From contig NC_135900.1 of NCBI RefSeq assembly GCF_964194155.1, positions 12,710,001-12,774,000 on the forward strand: a stretch of DNA of 64,000 nucleotides, written 5' to 3'. A model generated the notes under the pieces. The model searched no databases. It was not told the origin of the DNA and worked only from the letters and a program-made list of their open reading frames with translations. This document shows, piece by piece, positions 49,745 through 61,876 of this stretch (within the stretch, counting starts at the first letter, position 1; each line of letters opens with the position of its first letter). The translations under genes and the position numbers were made by a program. The DNA is from Cetorhinus maximus (lineage: Eukaryota).

Positions 49745-50712
49745 ATTTTTTTCATTCATGGGTTGTGTGTGTCACTGACTAGGCCAGCATTTATTGCCTA
49801 TCCCTAATTGCCTTCGAGAAGGTGGTGGTGAGCTGCTGCCTTGAACTGCTGCAGTCCATGTGGTGTAGGTACACCCACAGTGCTGCTAGGAAGGAGTTCC
49901 AGGATTTTAACCCAGCGACAGTGAAGGAATGGCAATATATTTCCAAGTCAGGATGGTGAGTGGCTTTGAAGGAAACTTCCAGGTGGCAGTGTTCCCATTA
50001 GCCTGCTGCTCTTGTCCTTCTAGATGGTAGTGGTTATGGGTTTGGAAGGTACTATCTAAGGAGGCTTAGTGAGTTCCTGTAGTGCATCTGGTAGATGGTA
50101 CACACTGCTACTACTGTGCATCGGTGGTGGAGGGAGTGAATATTTGTGGATGGGGTGCCATTCAAGCAGGCTGCTTTTGTCCTGGATGATGTCCAGCTTC
50201 TTGAGTGTTATGGGAGCTGCACTCATTCAGGCAAGTAGAGAGTGCCTTGTAGATGGTGCCTTGTAGATGGTGGGCAGGAGGTCAGTTACTCACTACAGGG
50301 TTCCTGGCCTCTGACTTGCTCTTGTAGTCACAGTATTTATAAGGCTGGTCCAGTTCAGTTTCAGGTCAATGGAAACCCCCAGGATGTTGATAGTGGGGGA
50401 TTCGGTGATGGTAATGGCATTGAATGTCAAGGGGTGGTGGTTAGATTCTCTCTCGTTGGAGATGGTCATAGCCTGGCACTTTGTGGTGTGAATGTTCCTT
50501 GCCACTTGTCAGTCCAAGCCTGGATACTGTCCAGGTGTATTTGGACATGGACTGCTTCTGTATCTGAGGAGTCAAAAATGGTGCTGAACATTGTGCAATC
50601 ATCAGCGAACATCCCTACTTCGGACCTTATGATGGAAGGAAGGTCATTGATGAAGCAGCTGAAGATGGTTGGGCCGAAGACACTATCCTGAGGAACTCCT
50701 GCAGTGATGCAG
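49745..50712 (-). mobile_element. LINE family A, RT C-terminal half to 3' tail
   Basis: ITAGVPQDSVFGPTIFSCFINDLPSIIRSEVGMFADDCTMF. Confidence 0.9.
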
Positions 50713-51224
50713 TTCTGTGCTATGACTAAAGGGGCAGTATTCCCAGCCTGGTGAACCACCAATACTCCATTAAAACTTGATCTGACAGCCTGGGTTTATT
50801 TAATTGGAAAGACCTGGTAAGGCAGGCTGTTAATAAGATATTTTTATTTCTGTATTTGACATGTGGCCTTGATGGTAGAACTTTTCACCAGTGTGAGCTT
50901 GCCAAAATGCTAATTATTGGACAAGATTTTCCTGGATTCAATCAAATCTAGATCTTAGTTCTGTTACTGGGAATGAAATGATTTTTTTTTTCCCCCCATG
51001 AAGCAACCAACACATTCTTTCTTTCTGTCAAATACATGACTTGTCAAAACACTGTAGTCTTTCCAATGTCTGTTAAATCTGTTTAACCCTGTTCAAGCCA
51101 GTCAGTTTGCATGCAGTGTCCTACAAACAGCAAAGAAGAGAAATGACTGTCCTCACCAATATCACCAAAAGCAAAACGATCTATTAACCTATTTTGGTTG
51201 CTCCTCTTCATGTTGCATCACGGA

Positions 51225-51360
51225 ATCTTTTACACCCATGAGAAAATGGTAGACATGGTCTTGGATTAACACCTCCTCCAAAAGACCACATCGCCGATAA
51301 TGAGGCACTACCTCAGCACTGAATTGAAGTATTAACCTAGATTTTATGCTCAAGTTCACT
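51225..51360 (-). mobile_element. Deu-domain SINE fragment
   Basis: ATCTTTTACACCCA..GAG, CCAAAAGAC and GCACT.CCTCAGCACTG in reverse. Confidence 0.55.
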
Positions 51361-51364
51361 TGTT

Positions 51365-52215
51365 TTCTTTCTTCTTTCTTGGGGTGTGGGCATCACCAAC
51401 CAATCCAGCATTTGTCGCCCATCCACGTTGTCCTTGAACTGAGTGGCCATTTCCGAGGGGAGCGAACCTGTTGGATTTTTCCGTAAAACTATAGTTTCAT
51501 GGTCACCGTTACTGCTAGCTTTTTATTCTAGATTTATTTAATTTACTGGATTTACTAATTAAGTGAACCCCCCAACTGTTGTGGTGGGATTTGAACTCCA
51601 TCTTTTTTTCTATTCTCTGATGGATCTGGGTGTTCCTGACTAGGCCAGCATTTATTGTCCATCCCTAATTGCCCTTGTGAAGATAGTGGTGAGCTGCTGC
51701 CTTGAACCACTGCAGTCTATCTGGTGTACGTACGCCCACAGTGTTATTAGGGAGGAAGTTCCAGGGTTTTGACCCAGTGACAGTGAAGGAACGGCGATAT
51801 ATTTCCAAGTCAGGATGGTGAGTGGCTTGGAGGGGAACTTCCAGGTGGCAGTGTTCCCATGTGTCTGCTGCCCTTATCTATCTAGATGGTATTAATGGGT
51901 TTGGAAGGTGCTGTCTAAGCAGCATTGGTGAGTTGCTACAGCCTCTTTGTAGATGGTACACACTGCTGCCACTGTGCGTTGGTGGTGGAGGAAGTGAATG
52001 TTTGTGGATGGGGTGCTGATCAAGTAGGCTGCTTTGTCCTGGATGATATCCAGCTTCTTGTGTTGTTGGAGCTGCACTCATCCAGGCAAGTGGAGAATAT
52101 TCCATCACACTCCTGACTTGTGCCTTGTGGACAGGCTTTGGGGAGACAGCTGCATATTATTAGTCCAGACCTCTGGATTTTTAGCCCAGTAACATAACCA
52201 CTATGCTTCAGTACC
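51365..52215 (-). mobile_element. tRNA-derived SINE interrupted by a LINE family A 3' fragment (~51605-52150)
   Basis: SINE tail and body at 51365-51600 end at GTGGTGGGATTTGAAC (B-box reversed). The head resumes at 52150-52215. The insert encodes MEYSPLAWMSAAPTT. Confidence 0.75.
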
Positions 52216-53099
52216 CATTATGCTACCATACTTTGTGTTGGGTTCAAACTGGCTAATATCTCTGAAAGTTAACTAATTTGTTACTATGCAATTTGCTTTT
52301 TTGTTTACTTCAGCATAATCTTTCTTTTGTAATAAATCTAATGTACAGTTTTAGCCTGATCTGCATGGCCTGGCAGTGCAAAGTTTACTGTCAGATCAGA
52401 GGTCTAGAGCCCATGGTGGGTGAGTTATTTTGTTTTTCTGCATACTTTGTCCAGCAGCAATGCTATCCCAGATATTTTGCGCATTTGGTAAAGTTTTGGT
52501 TCAAAGGATACAGGAGCTTGCCTGTAAAAACTAAGATTTTCATTGAGTGAGAGTTATGAATTTGAGAAGGAGCCTGAATTGTAACCTCTCTGGGGTTGAG
52601 CAGTACCGCCAGCTTCTCCCTCATCATAACCATCAGCAGAGACACAAGAAGAGAGTAAACATTTTAATGCGATTCATGGGTTGGTAAATATGGACATATT
52701 TCAAGAATTAGAGTTCCCATTTATTTCAGAAATTTGGGATCATTATGATTTAGTAGCATTGGCACACTGGGCTGAATGGCCCCTTTCCATAGATGGTTAC
52801 TTGCAGACTCACTGAGGCAACACTATACGTCACACTCCGTCCTTAACACCCTTTAAATCGTTTTTGAGGTAAGACCGAAGTCAAATGAAGCTATTTACCT
52901 ATCAGTGCAGACACTAATGATGCCATAAAAACCTGTAAACCAGAGGACGAAGGTCGCATGGTTCTAAGTGGCCCATGTCAACTGAAGGTTCAGAGGGAAT
53001 ATGGAACTCAGCCAATTACCCTCTCCTTTTGTATTAATTTCAAGGACACTTATTGGAAACTATTCCATTACTGCTAGTTCCACGACTGGAATTCAACTT

Positions 53100-53595
53100 G
53101 TCAGTTCAGCCCAGGCTGAATTCCGGTTGATCTGAGATCCGTTTTCACCTGTGCTCAGTGACGTACGTTGGCTTCTGATTTGGCGATGCTGGGATTTAAA
53201 ATTCTCATCCTTGTTTTTCAAATCCTTCCATGGCCGTTGCCCCTCCCTAGCTCTGCCATATCCTTCAGCTCCACAACCCTCCACGATCTCCAAATTCCTC
53301 CAATTCTGGCTTCTCGTGCGTTCCCCAATTTTCTTTGCTCTACTGTTGGTAGTCGTACCTTCAGCTGCCAGGATGTGAAGCTCTGCAATTCCCTCCCCGA
53401 GCCTCTCCTCATCTCCGCCTTGCATTCCTCTTTTTTTTAAAAAAAAAAGATGCTTATTAAAACCCACCTCTTCAACGAAGCGTGCAGTTACCTATCCTCC
53501 TTTTACCGGGTTCGCTGTCAAATTTTGCTTGATTTATCCCTCCTGCGAAACACCGTGGGATGCTGAAGGTGCTATGTAAATGCAAGCTGTTGTTG
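53100..53595 (+). mobile_element. L2-like LINE family B 3' end
   Basis: VLSDVRWLLI...LKFSSLFFKSFHG remnant; tail GGTGCTATGTAAATGCAAGCTGTTGTTG. Confidence 0.75.
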
Positions 53596-54643
53596 TGACG
53601 TTACGTGGAGAGGCGAGAGAAGCTGAGGTTGTACTTCTTTGACCGTGGAAGGCTTAAGGGAAAATTTTAATAGAGGGTTTTGAGGAAGGAAAGAAAGATT
53701 TGCATTTATATGAAACACTTTTTTGTTAAAGGCACGACATCAATGCCAGCTGCTGCTGATGATGAAATTTCAAATTCCACTTCTCGGCCCTGGAGACTAA
53801 TCTTAGCTGCTAAGGACACCAGCTTCCGCTTGCCATGCAAGTGGTTACTTTCCAATTTAAGAAAAGCTAACATGGCAGCCTGCACAAGCCAGTATTTGGA
53901 CTGGAATAAATGTGACTGATATACAAAGCATAAGAATGGACCCAAGTCTACATGAAAAAGGGCTTGGACGGGGAAGAAAAACAACCTCATATTTAATGTG
54001 CAGTTAAACTAATGTGACTCCAGCGCAAACTCTCGAAGTGGTTCCCACATTGTGTACTATGACTGGCTGGTGTCCAGTAAGTTGCTCGTAGCGAGAAATA
54101 AAACAGAATTGCCTCCATCTTGCTATTTCGTCCTCACTTTTTTCTCCCCCCCCTGTGACCCGGTCTTTTTTACCCTCCACTCCTTCCCTAATGTATGATA
54201 CTTGCATACTTTCCCATTATGGTGCCTCTTTTCTCTTGTCTCCCAATTCTTTTCTCTCTCCTTTAGTTTGTCAATCTCTGCATTGCCATGTCTCCTGTCC
54301 CAGTCTGTCTCTCGTCTCCTGTCCCTGTCTGTCTCTCGTATGCTCATGCGCATCTTTCTATATTGAGCTACCAAGGGTCTGAGCGTACCTGAGGTGTGGA
54401 CTTGAGGTCTGTTAACATTTCAGGGGGGGGGCTATGGTCTGTGAGCATTTGGACGCCTGGGCGCATTTTATTGGGGAGCCTGGCAAAACTTGTGTCTTGG
54501 TGATCTGGAGATTCTCGGTATGCGACTGGGGAGCAGGTATTTAGCAGCAGGGCAGACAGAAGTCTGGGAGCACTGGGATCAGTTAACACTTAAGAGTTGG
54601 TCTGGGAACAATCAAAGGGTTAGAAAAGCATTGCAAGAAGCTA

Positions 54644-55319
54644 GGGCCTGAATTTTTCAGGCGGTGGGCGGGCTCGGAGCTGATCGCCACCCGCGATTGG
54701 CTGTGCGCCGCCATTTTACGCAGGCGGGCCAATTAAGGCCCACCCAGCATAAGACGTGAGTCATAGTGCTCAGCGCTACCTATGCGGGCAGGGGGAGGAA
54801 GGAGAGTCGGGGTCAGCACTCTTTCACACATGCGCGCGAAAGAGCGCTTCAATCTCCTTGAGGCACGGAGCTCCCTCGGGGAGATTGAATCGATATTGAA
54901 ATAATCAAATAAATGGAGAAAAAATTTAAATGTTCGCTCGTGTGACTATGTCACACGAGATGGGCCATGCTTTTTATATCTTGGAAAATTTTATTTATTT
55001 AAGAATATAGAAATCTATATTTAAGAAATCTCACCCTGCATGTAGATGAAGTTTCCTAAAAAAAAATGAAGGCCGCTTGGCCTTTTTGCCTGCCCGCCAA
55101 CCTTAATGTTGGACGGGCAGCGTTAGTAATTACATTAATTACTTCCTTAGTAGGCCACTTAAATATTTGCGGGCGCACAGCCGACTCCGTGCGCTGTGCC
55201 AAACGAAACATCGCCAGACAGCGCGATGACATCGGGATGCACGCCCAATGTCACCACCCGTCATTTTGCGCGTTGGCGTGTTGGGCCCGCTCCTGCAGGC
55301 TGACTGAAAAATCCTACCC
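54644..55319. mobile_element. Non-autonomous Harbinger element (MITE) related to the element at 1-3883
   Basis: Imperfect TIRs GGGCCTGAATTTTTCAG / CTGAAAAATCCTACCC. Segment 55030-55319 is colinear with 3600-3883 (GATGA.GTTT, TGACAT.GGGA.GC.C.CC..A.GTCACCA..CGTCATTTT). Confidence 0.75.
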
Positions 55320-55627
55320 AAGATGTATTGAGGAGTAGGTGGGGTGTGACCATGCATGAGAGCTGTGGTCTCGGAGTACTCTGGTTGGTTTGGGGGTCTT
55401 TGAGCACTTGGGTCTTTTTAAATTTAGGTCACATTGAGTGGACTGAGATTTTGTTGCCCAGGTTAGGGAGAAGGTCAGTCAAAGTTCCTGTTCCCCAGCT
55501 CTGCTGTGATGACTGTCATGATGTGTCACACATAAATAGTCATTGGCTTAGGTAGCGGAGAGTCCCGAGGGCTTGTGAGGGACAAGCCCCAGCAATAAGT
55601 CAGTTCCTTAGGGAAGGGAAGAAATTG

Positions 55628-55740
55628 GACTGCAGCAGTTCAAGAAGGCAGCTCACCATCACCTTCTCGAGGGCCATTAGGGATGTGCAATAAATGCTGG
55701 CCTAGCCAGCGACGCCCACATCCCATGAATGAATTTTTAA
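55628..55740 (+). mobile_element. LINE family A 3' tail
   Basis: GGACTGCAGCAGTTCAAGAAGGCAGCTCACC...GCTGGCCTAGCCAGCGACGCCCACATCCCATGAATGAAT. Confidence 0.85.
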
Positions 55741-56036
55741 AAAGTTACAGTTTGAGTTCCGAATCCTCCCACCATCTTTTAGGTATTCAACATGTCTGTA
55801 TTTGATGTAATAAGGGTGCGGGGGTGGATAAGACTAAGAGGCTAAGAGGAATTAAGTGAAAAATTGTTGACAGAAATATTTTTTAAGAGTATGCAAGGGA
55901 ATGGAACATTTAATTTTGATGTTCACCATTTCTTGCTCGCTCTTTTTCTCCCCATCCCATGTTCCCCACTCTCGGGTTCTGCTACATTGCCATTAGGTGA
56001 CTACCAGCATGTCCATGTTGGCTGCCTGGTGGAAGT

Positions 56037-56304
56037 AAGGTTGCCAACTCTGGTTGGACATATTCCAACAAGACCTCCCACTTCCAACTCTCCAGTGCAG
56101 TCAAACAGCCTCTCCTTTGTCCTCTCCATCCCCTACCCCCATCTCCAGTATTTCTACAACTAATAAACAAACTTACGGAAAGAAAATGAGAAATACAATT
56201 ATTTTATTGCCCCTATTAATTTTCTTTACTCCTTGACTGCACACGGTAGATTAAATCTTCAATTCTTTGAGACTCCAGAGCAAACCTGGAGGGTTGGTAA
56301 CTCT
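56037..56304. mobile_element. AGGGTTGCCAAC-TIR MITE
   Basis: AAGGTTGCCAACTCTGG ... CCTGGAGGGTTGGTAACTCT. Confidence 0.55.
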
Positions 56305-56369
56305 CTCTCTAGTGGAGTCTTCCCATCGGACATCCCACATTCTCACGCCTGGTTATAAAATAAACTAAG

Positions 56370-58160
56370 TGGGAGGAATTTTCCATTCTGCGGACTTAAG
56401 TCTGGTGGCAGGCGGGAAAGTCGGCATGCTTCCCGCTGGGCAGCGGAGTGGGTGAATGCGCGCTTTTCAGCTCACTAATGATGCATCGACAATGAGCTCA
56501 GCAAACCGCAGGGCGGGCAGGAAGTCGCCCGCTGTTAGTTTATGGGGCCGAAGGTCCTGAGGCCATTTTGAAAGGGCAGCCAGACAGACATTCACTCATT
56601 CACAGGCCAGGAGCTCTGCATTGCTCCTCCAGAGCCCTTGTGGCCACAGCCCGTACTGGAGAAGCTGGCTAATGTGAGCAACATCCCATGGTATATGAGG
56701 GCACCTTTTGGCATTGCCTTTCACTCATTTCTAGAAAAGAGCACCGTTGGCGACACACCAATGGTCGGACCAATGCTTGCTGCTGCAGTGGTTCATGTTT
56801 GCCAGCCTCTTGACCTTTTTATAGTGGCCCCGCTGCCTCTTGCCGCTCATGTCCTTGCTCCTCCTGGCCCTGTGCCAATCGGCGATGGGCCCTCCTTCTC
56901 ATCTGGATGAGAGGGCTGCCCGCAGCCTTCATCATGAATGCCTCAGTGGATGCGGCAGGGAGGCGGTGACGTAGTGGTATTGTCACTGGACTGGTTATCT
57001 AGAGACCCAGGGTAATGCTCTGGGGAGATGGGTTCGAATCCCACCACAGCAGATGGTGGAATTTGAATTCAATGATAAAAAACAGGAACTAAAAGTCTAA
57101 CGATGACCATGAAACCATTGATGATTGTTGTAAAGACCCATCTGGTTCACTAATGTCCTTTAGGGGAAGGAAACCTGCTCTCCTTACCTGTGACCAGACC
57201 CACAGCAATGTGGTTGACTCTTAAATCCCTCTGAACAAGGGCAATTAGGGATGGGTGATAAATGCTGGTCTAGCCAGCGACACCCACACCTAATATAGAA
57301 CCATGAACGAATAGTTTTTAAAAATGTGAACAAATTAAGTGATACATTAAGCGAGCATTTCCTTTACTGGTTTCCCTCCATCTCAAAGCCTTTCACCTGG
57401 CTTCCATTTAGACATGGCATCCCAACCCCACCCATTCCAGGTCAAGGACATCCTGGAGAGCCGGAATTGGGTGTTCTTCCCATCCATTTATGAATGTGTA
57501 TGAAGACATTGACCAGGGTCATGAGAGCCATGTGCAAGAAGCCTCATGCAGACACTTTTTTTCCACTTGTCTCCACTACCCTCAACTCTATATAGAGACT
57601 ATTGCCTTGACAGCATAGAAAGACTAACTACTATGATTCTTTGTCAGCCATGACCATTCACCCGGGAGGAAGGAGGTTTAGAGTCGTGAGCTGTCTGCCC
57701 TCCAGCAGCTGTGCCCCTCCACCTCTCTCCCTCCCCCTCTTCATCCCTGCCTCTGACTGCAGTGGATGGCGGTTGGCAAATGGCACAGAATGAACGGCAG
57801 CATTGATCCCTTGCTGGGATTAATGTTATGAGACACGGGAGTAAGGAACAAACCTGCTGCCGTGTGGGCTTCACCAGAGAGAGGGAAGAACACCGATGAG
57901 CATCTTTGGCATCCAGTTGCCTCATAATTATTCGGGTGTTCCTTTAGTCGGCCACTTGTGCTGACCTTGGACTCCACCCACCTAAAAAGACCCTCCTCCT
58001 GCCTTGAAGGATCTCGCTGTCTAACTGCGTGATCAAGGTCAATTTGTGAAAAATGGTGCATGTCACTTTTCCAACTTGCTCCACAACCTTCTACCCTCTC
58101 CCTGTCATCCACCAACTTCACCCACCCCACACCATTACTACAGACCCCCCCAATATGGTG
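56370..58160. mobile_element. Possible decayed Harbinger-like element interrupted by a SINE
   Basis: GGGAGGAATTTTCC start and a GC-rich subterminal region with GCCATTTT, like 54644. No recognisable ORF. Confidence 0.3.
56958..57325 (+). mobile_element. tRNA-derived SINE with LINE family A tail (best-preserved copy)
   Basis: A-box-like TGACGTAGTGG, perfect B-box GGTTCGAATCC, and the family A tail. Confidence 0.88.
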
Positions 58161-58164
58161 GGTG

Positions 58165-58425
58165 ACTCTTTTAAATGGGCGACCCCTTATTTTTAAACCA
58201 AGATGAGGTGAATTTTTTTCACTGAGGGTTGTGAGTCTTCCTGAAAAGGCGGTGGAAGCAGAGTCTTTGAATATTTTAAATATTGAATATTTGAATATTT
58301 GAATATTTTAAAAGCAGAGGTGGATAGATTCTTGGTAAGCAAAGGGGGTGATAGGATACTGGCGGTAGGTGGGATGCAGATTTCAGGTTACTATCAGATC
58401 AGCCATGATCTTATTAAATGGTGGA
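58165..58425 (+). mobile_element. CR1 LINE 3' end with a small internal (TTGAATAT)n expansion
   Basis: KAVEAESLNI..NILKAEVDRFLVSKG. Confidence 0.7.
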
Positions 58426-59838
58426 GCGTTTGTTTGTCAATCACCATTCCTCTCCCCTCTGTCACCCTTGAACTCACCACCACCCTGGACCCTATTGAGA
58501 TCCTCCTCCACATGTCTTTCCTCCCCTCAGAGCCAGTACCCATTACCATCCCCATGCCCCCCCGGACCCTCTAACCCCCACCCCCATTATCCGAGCCCCC
58601 TCTATGGCCCACCCGATGAGACCTTCACCCACCAGACTCTCATCCTGGACCTGCCAGCCCATCACTTCCCACTCCTCCCTCTGACTCTGACTGTTCCCTC
58701 CTGTCATGAGTACCCAGAGTTCTCTCCCCAGGATCCCACAGTCGACACCCACCATCCTGCCCTTGAAACACACCTCCTCCCCCAGACATTTTTTCTTTCT
58801 TCTCCCCTCCCCTGCCCTGGACACCATTTCCCAACTGTTCATCCCTGCCATCGGGAAACTTTTGTTTTGCCTCCTGCCAAATACGATTCATGCGGCTGGC
58901 AGGAGCAGAAAATTCCACCCTGGGGTACATTTGGCAGTTCCTCACTCTTTGCTTAGCACCCCTCCCAATATAGCTCATTGTAGTGAGGTATTGAGACTTG
59001 ACCTCTCCCACCCCCAAATCCATGTCTCCACCACCCCACACCGCATGCTTTAGCATAAAATGTCTTTTTACGAGTATTTTTTTTTAAGTGCCTCCCAATT
59101 TTTAGTTCTATCCACCTATCAGGTCAGCTGATGGCTGGCTGTTTGGATTTTGCTTTGTATTAGTGAGTTAGATTGCATTTGTGTTGACGTGTTTATCCGG
59201 GATTTATTTTGCTGACACATGGAACATTTCCCCCTCTAGCAATCTGCTTTTCGGTGAACTGGAGATTGAGCATTGCAAAAAAAAAAGACTACTTAGCTGC
59301 AGGATATGGGAATGTGACCTTTGTCGAGGACAAACACACACTGTAATGGTGGTGGGGGTGGGAGGGGGAAGCATCCTTTTAGATAATCACATGAAGAGAG
59401 TCAACGATGTTGCTGTTCAATAACTGTGGATTCATGCGTCAACTCCTTCCCACTGGCAGGTACTCTACCTAATAGGTCATGAGTAATCATTTGGGTATCT
59501 TTTTAAGGTTGTTTTGAACATGACGACATTTTGCATTTCACCAGACCAGCTTCACACGTATTTGCAGCTCCTGCTGAACTGCTTTCTGTAACATGGCTGC
59601 TATTATTTTTGGTGAGACCATAGGGAATTTTCATTTTTTCCCCCTCCCCCCCCCATCTTGTTTTTATTTCGAAGCTCGGGCCACTGTGGTTGAGAAATTT
59701 ATGATTCGGGGTGAAAACAAAAATTAATGAGAGAAGCTTTCAATTTAAATTTTCTATAGATTTAAATTTCGGATTTTTTTTTTCAGAATGATTGAAATGA
59801 CCTCGAGCTGGCCCCTGGCACAGTCTCGCCTGTAGCTT

Positions 59839-60066
59839 TGGGTTGCTAACCCTCCGGGACTGGCCTGGAGCCTTCGGAATTCAGTACAATCTCCAGGAAT
59901 TGAAGCCCACCCGGTGGGACACTGCTGCAAGCAAACAGGAGAAAACTCATTTTCTTTCAACGATTATGTTCATTAATTCTAAAAGATATTCAGTGGTGCG
60001 GTGGGTGGTGGAGGGGAGGGAAAGACCATTTGATCAATAATCAGGGTGAATCCAGTAGGGTAACTC
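59839..60066. mobile_element. AGGGTTGCCAAC-TIR MITE, opposite orientation
   Basis: GGGTTGCTAACCCTCCGGGACTGGCCTGGAG is the reverse of the right end of the 56037 copy. Confidence 0.5.
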
Positions 60067-60509
60067 AAGTCCGTTCTCTTTCCAACTTGCTTGCAAAGGC
60101 AGTGCCCCAGAGGGTGGACCAATGGCAGGAGCGGGCGGGGGAGGGGGAGCAGTACAAAATGGGAGGTCATGTCATCAAATCTTCAGGAAAGTGGGCAGTC
60201 AAGAGTTGGCATCACGACCTGCAACCACAGCTCAGCAGGAGTGTCTGCCTCTCTCTCTCTCTGTTAAGGTTGCACTGGAGGCTTGGATCATCTTCATTGG
60301 TGGTACATTCATCCAGTTTGCGAGGCTCTTTAGAAAGATCGTTCTTTGTCTACCATCATCTCTTTTACCATTGATCTTTCCCACTAGCGTCAGACTTTCC
60401 AAACCATGATTTCCTATTGTGTGCCCAAGAAATTCCTACTGTCTCTTCCCGGTCTTGATCAGCAGAGTTCCTGTGTCTCCCTTTACTGGCCCCTCATAAG
60501 GTCATCTTC

Positions 60510-60888
60510 ATTGGAGAGAGAAACACAGTTAACGTTTCGAGTCCATACGACGCTTCTCGGAGCTGAAGGGAGGTAGAAGCGTGATGGATTTTATACTGTT
60601 GAAGAAACGGGCGGGTGGAGCAAAATAAGTCAGGGATTGGTGGGAACTCGGTTCCTGAACTCCCACCTACCTCTGACCTTCTATTTTGCTCCACCCCCCT
60701 CCCCCCACCCTTCAACAAAATCTGTCATGTTACTACCTCCCTTCAGCCCTGAAGGGGAGTCACATGGGCTTGAAACGTTAACTCTGTGTTTCTCTCTCCA
60801 CAGACGCTGCCAGACCTGCTGAGTTTTTCCAGCATTTTCTGTTTTTGTTTCAGATTTCCAGCATCCGCGGTATTTTGCTTTTATTTTC
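60510..60888. mobile_element. Penelope-like element: inverted pair of terminal repeats
   Basis: Arms ~60511-60630 and ~60680-60800 are reverse complements. 60770-60888 is the reverse complement of 13211-13320. Confidence 0.7.
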
Positions 60889-61202
60889 GTCCTTTTATTT
60901 GAGTTGTGCAATGCTGGGAAAATAAGTTCATCCCTGATCATCCAGTGCGGGTTTCTTCCTTTTTTAATCAAGGGACACTGTCGGTGGTATTATCATAATT
61001 CTTGGTGCTGCACATTAGGGAATTGATAAACACAGGAAATGTCATTTCATTGACCTCACCGTGCAAAACATTCTGTAGCTATTTTAGCTTCAATGCCACA
61101 GTGTGCAGAGAAGCATCTAAATTTATGCAGAGTGGCAGTCTGTTATCCTTTTCATGCATGAAGAAGGACTTTGAGGGTCTTTTGAAAGCTTTGAATCATG
61201 AA

Positions 61203-61876
61203 GGCTTAGATTTTGCTGGAGTGGAGCATCTCGCAGTGTGCCTCGTTAGTTAAGACTTTTCCTTTCACCCTGCAGCTCGAAATAATTTTAATGCCGAAAA
61301 CGCAAGCTGTTCATGGCATAAGGAGGGCATTAAGACATCCGGTTCCTAAGGGTTGAGGGGGGAAAAAACTGAGAGAAATGAAGAAAGAAATAGTGAATTA
61401 AGATTCAAATCGGGTGAAGAAAGAAATAAGTAGAGAGAAAGAAAGAGTGGATAAAGAGAGAGAGAAAATAAATTGAAAAAAAGGTTAATTTTAAATGTCT
61501 CCAGTAATTGATTACCTGAAGCAATGAGACTCTACAGTTTCAATTGTTCTCTTTCTGTGCCAGAGGGGGTGAGTGGCATAAATCTCATCAGTAAATGAAT
61601 GCTGATCCTGCTAAGCACCAGACTTAACCTTATAAGATGAGTTTCATTGGCAATTACTGCACAAATGCAGCAATATCATGAAACTCACAGGGTGGTTGAG
61701 GGCATGTTGTTGTTTGTGTAAGACTAATGGTGGCCGCGCACATTGTCCAACATCTTGTAGTCATTCACAATTTATAGGGCATCTCTTCCTCACCACAAGG
61801 TGGTAGATAATTTACACATTAATAACTGTGAGCACCATTAAAGTTACTATTGCTTTGTGCCAGCTGATTCCAGTCC
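61203..61876. mobile_element. Possible old non-autonomous Harbinger-like element
   Basis: GGCTTAGATTTTGCTGG ... CCAGCTGATTCCAGTCC imperfect TIRs. Confidence 0.3.

Noticed and set aside
56958-57050. tRNA gene
   Set aside because: A and B boxes are present, but there is no cloverleaf and it continues into a SINE body found several times in the window.
58369-59056. 195-aa Pro-rich ORF and overlapping ORFs
   Set aside because: The ORF starts in a CR1 3' UTR and runs through C-rich low-complexity DNA, with no recognisable domain.
60901-60960. Possible PPM1H exon 2 (..NAGK..)
   Set aside because: Reads ELCNAGKISSSLII with no STHNEDQA-like continuation. The similar SNAGKAG at ~62146 also fails.
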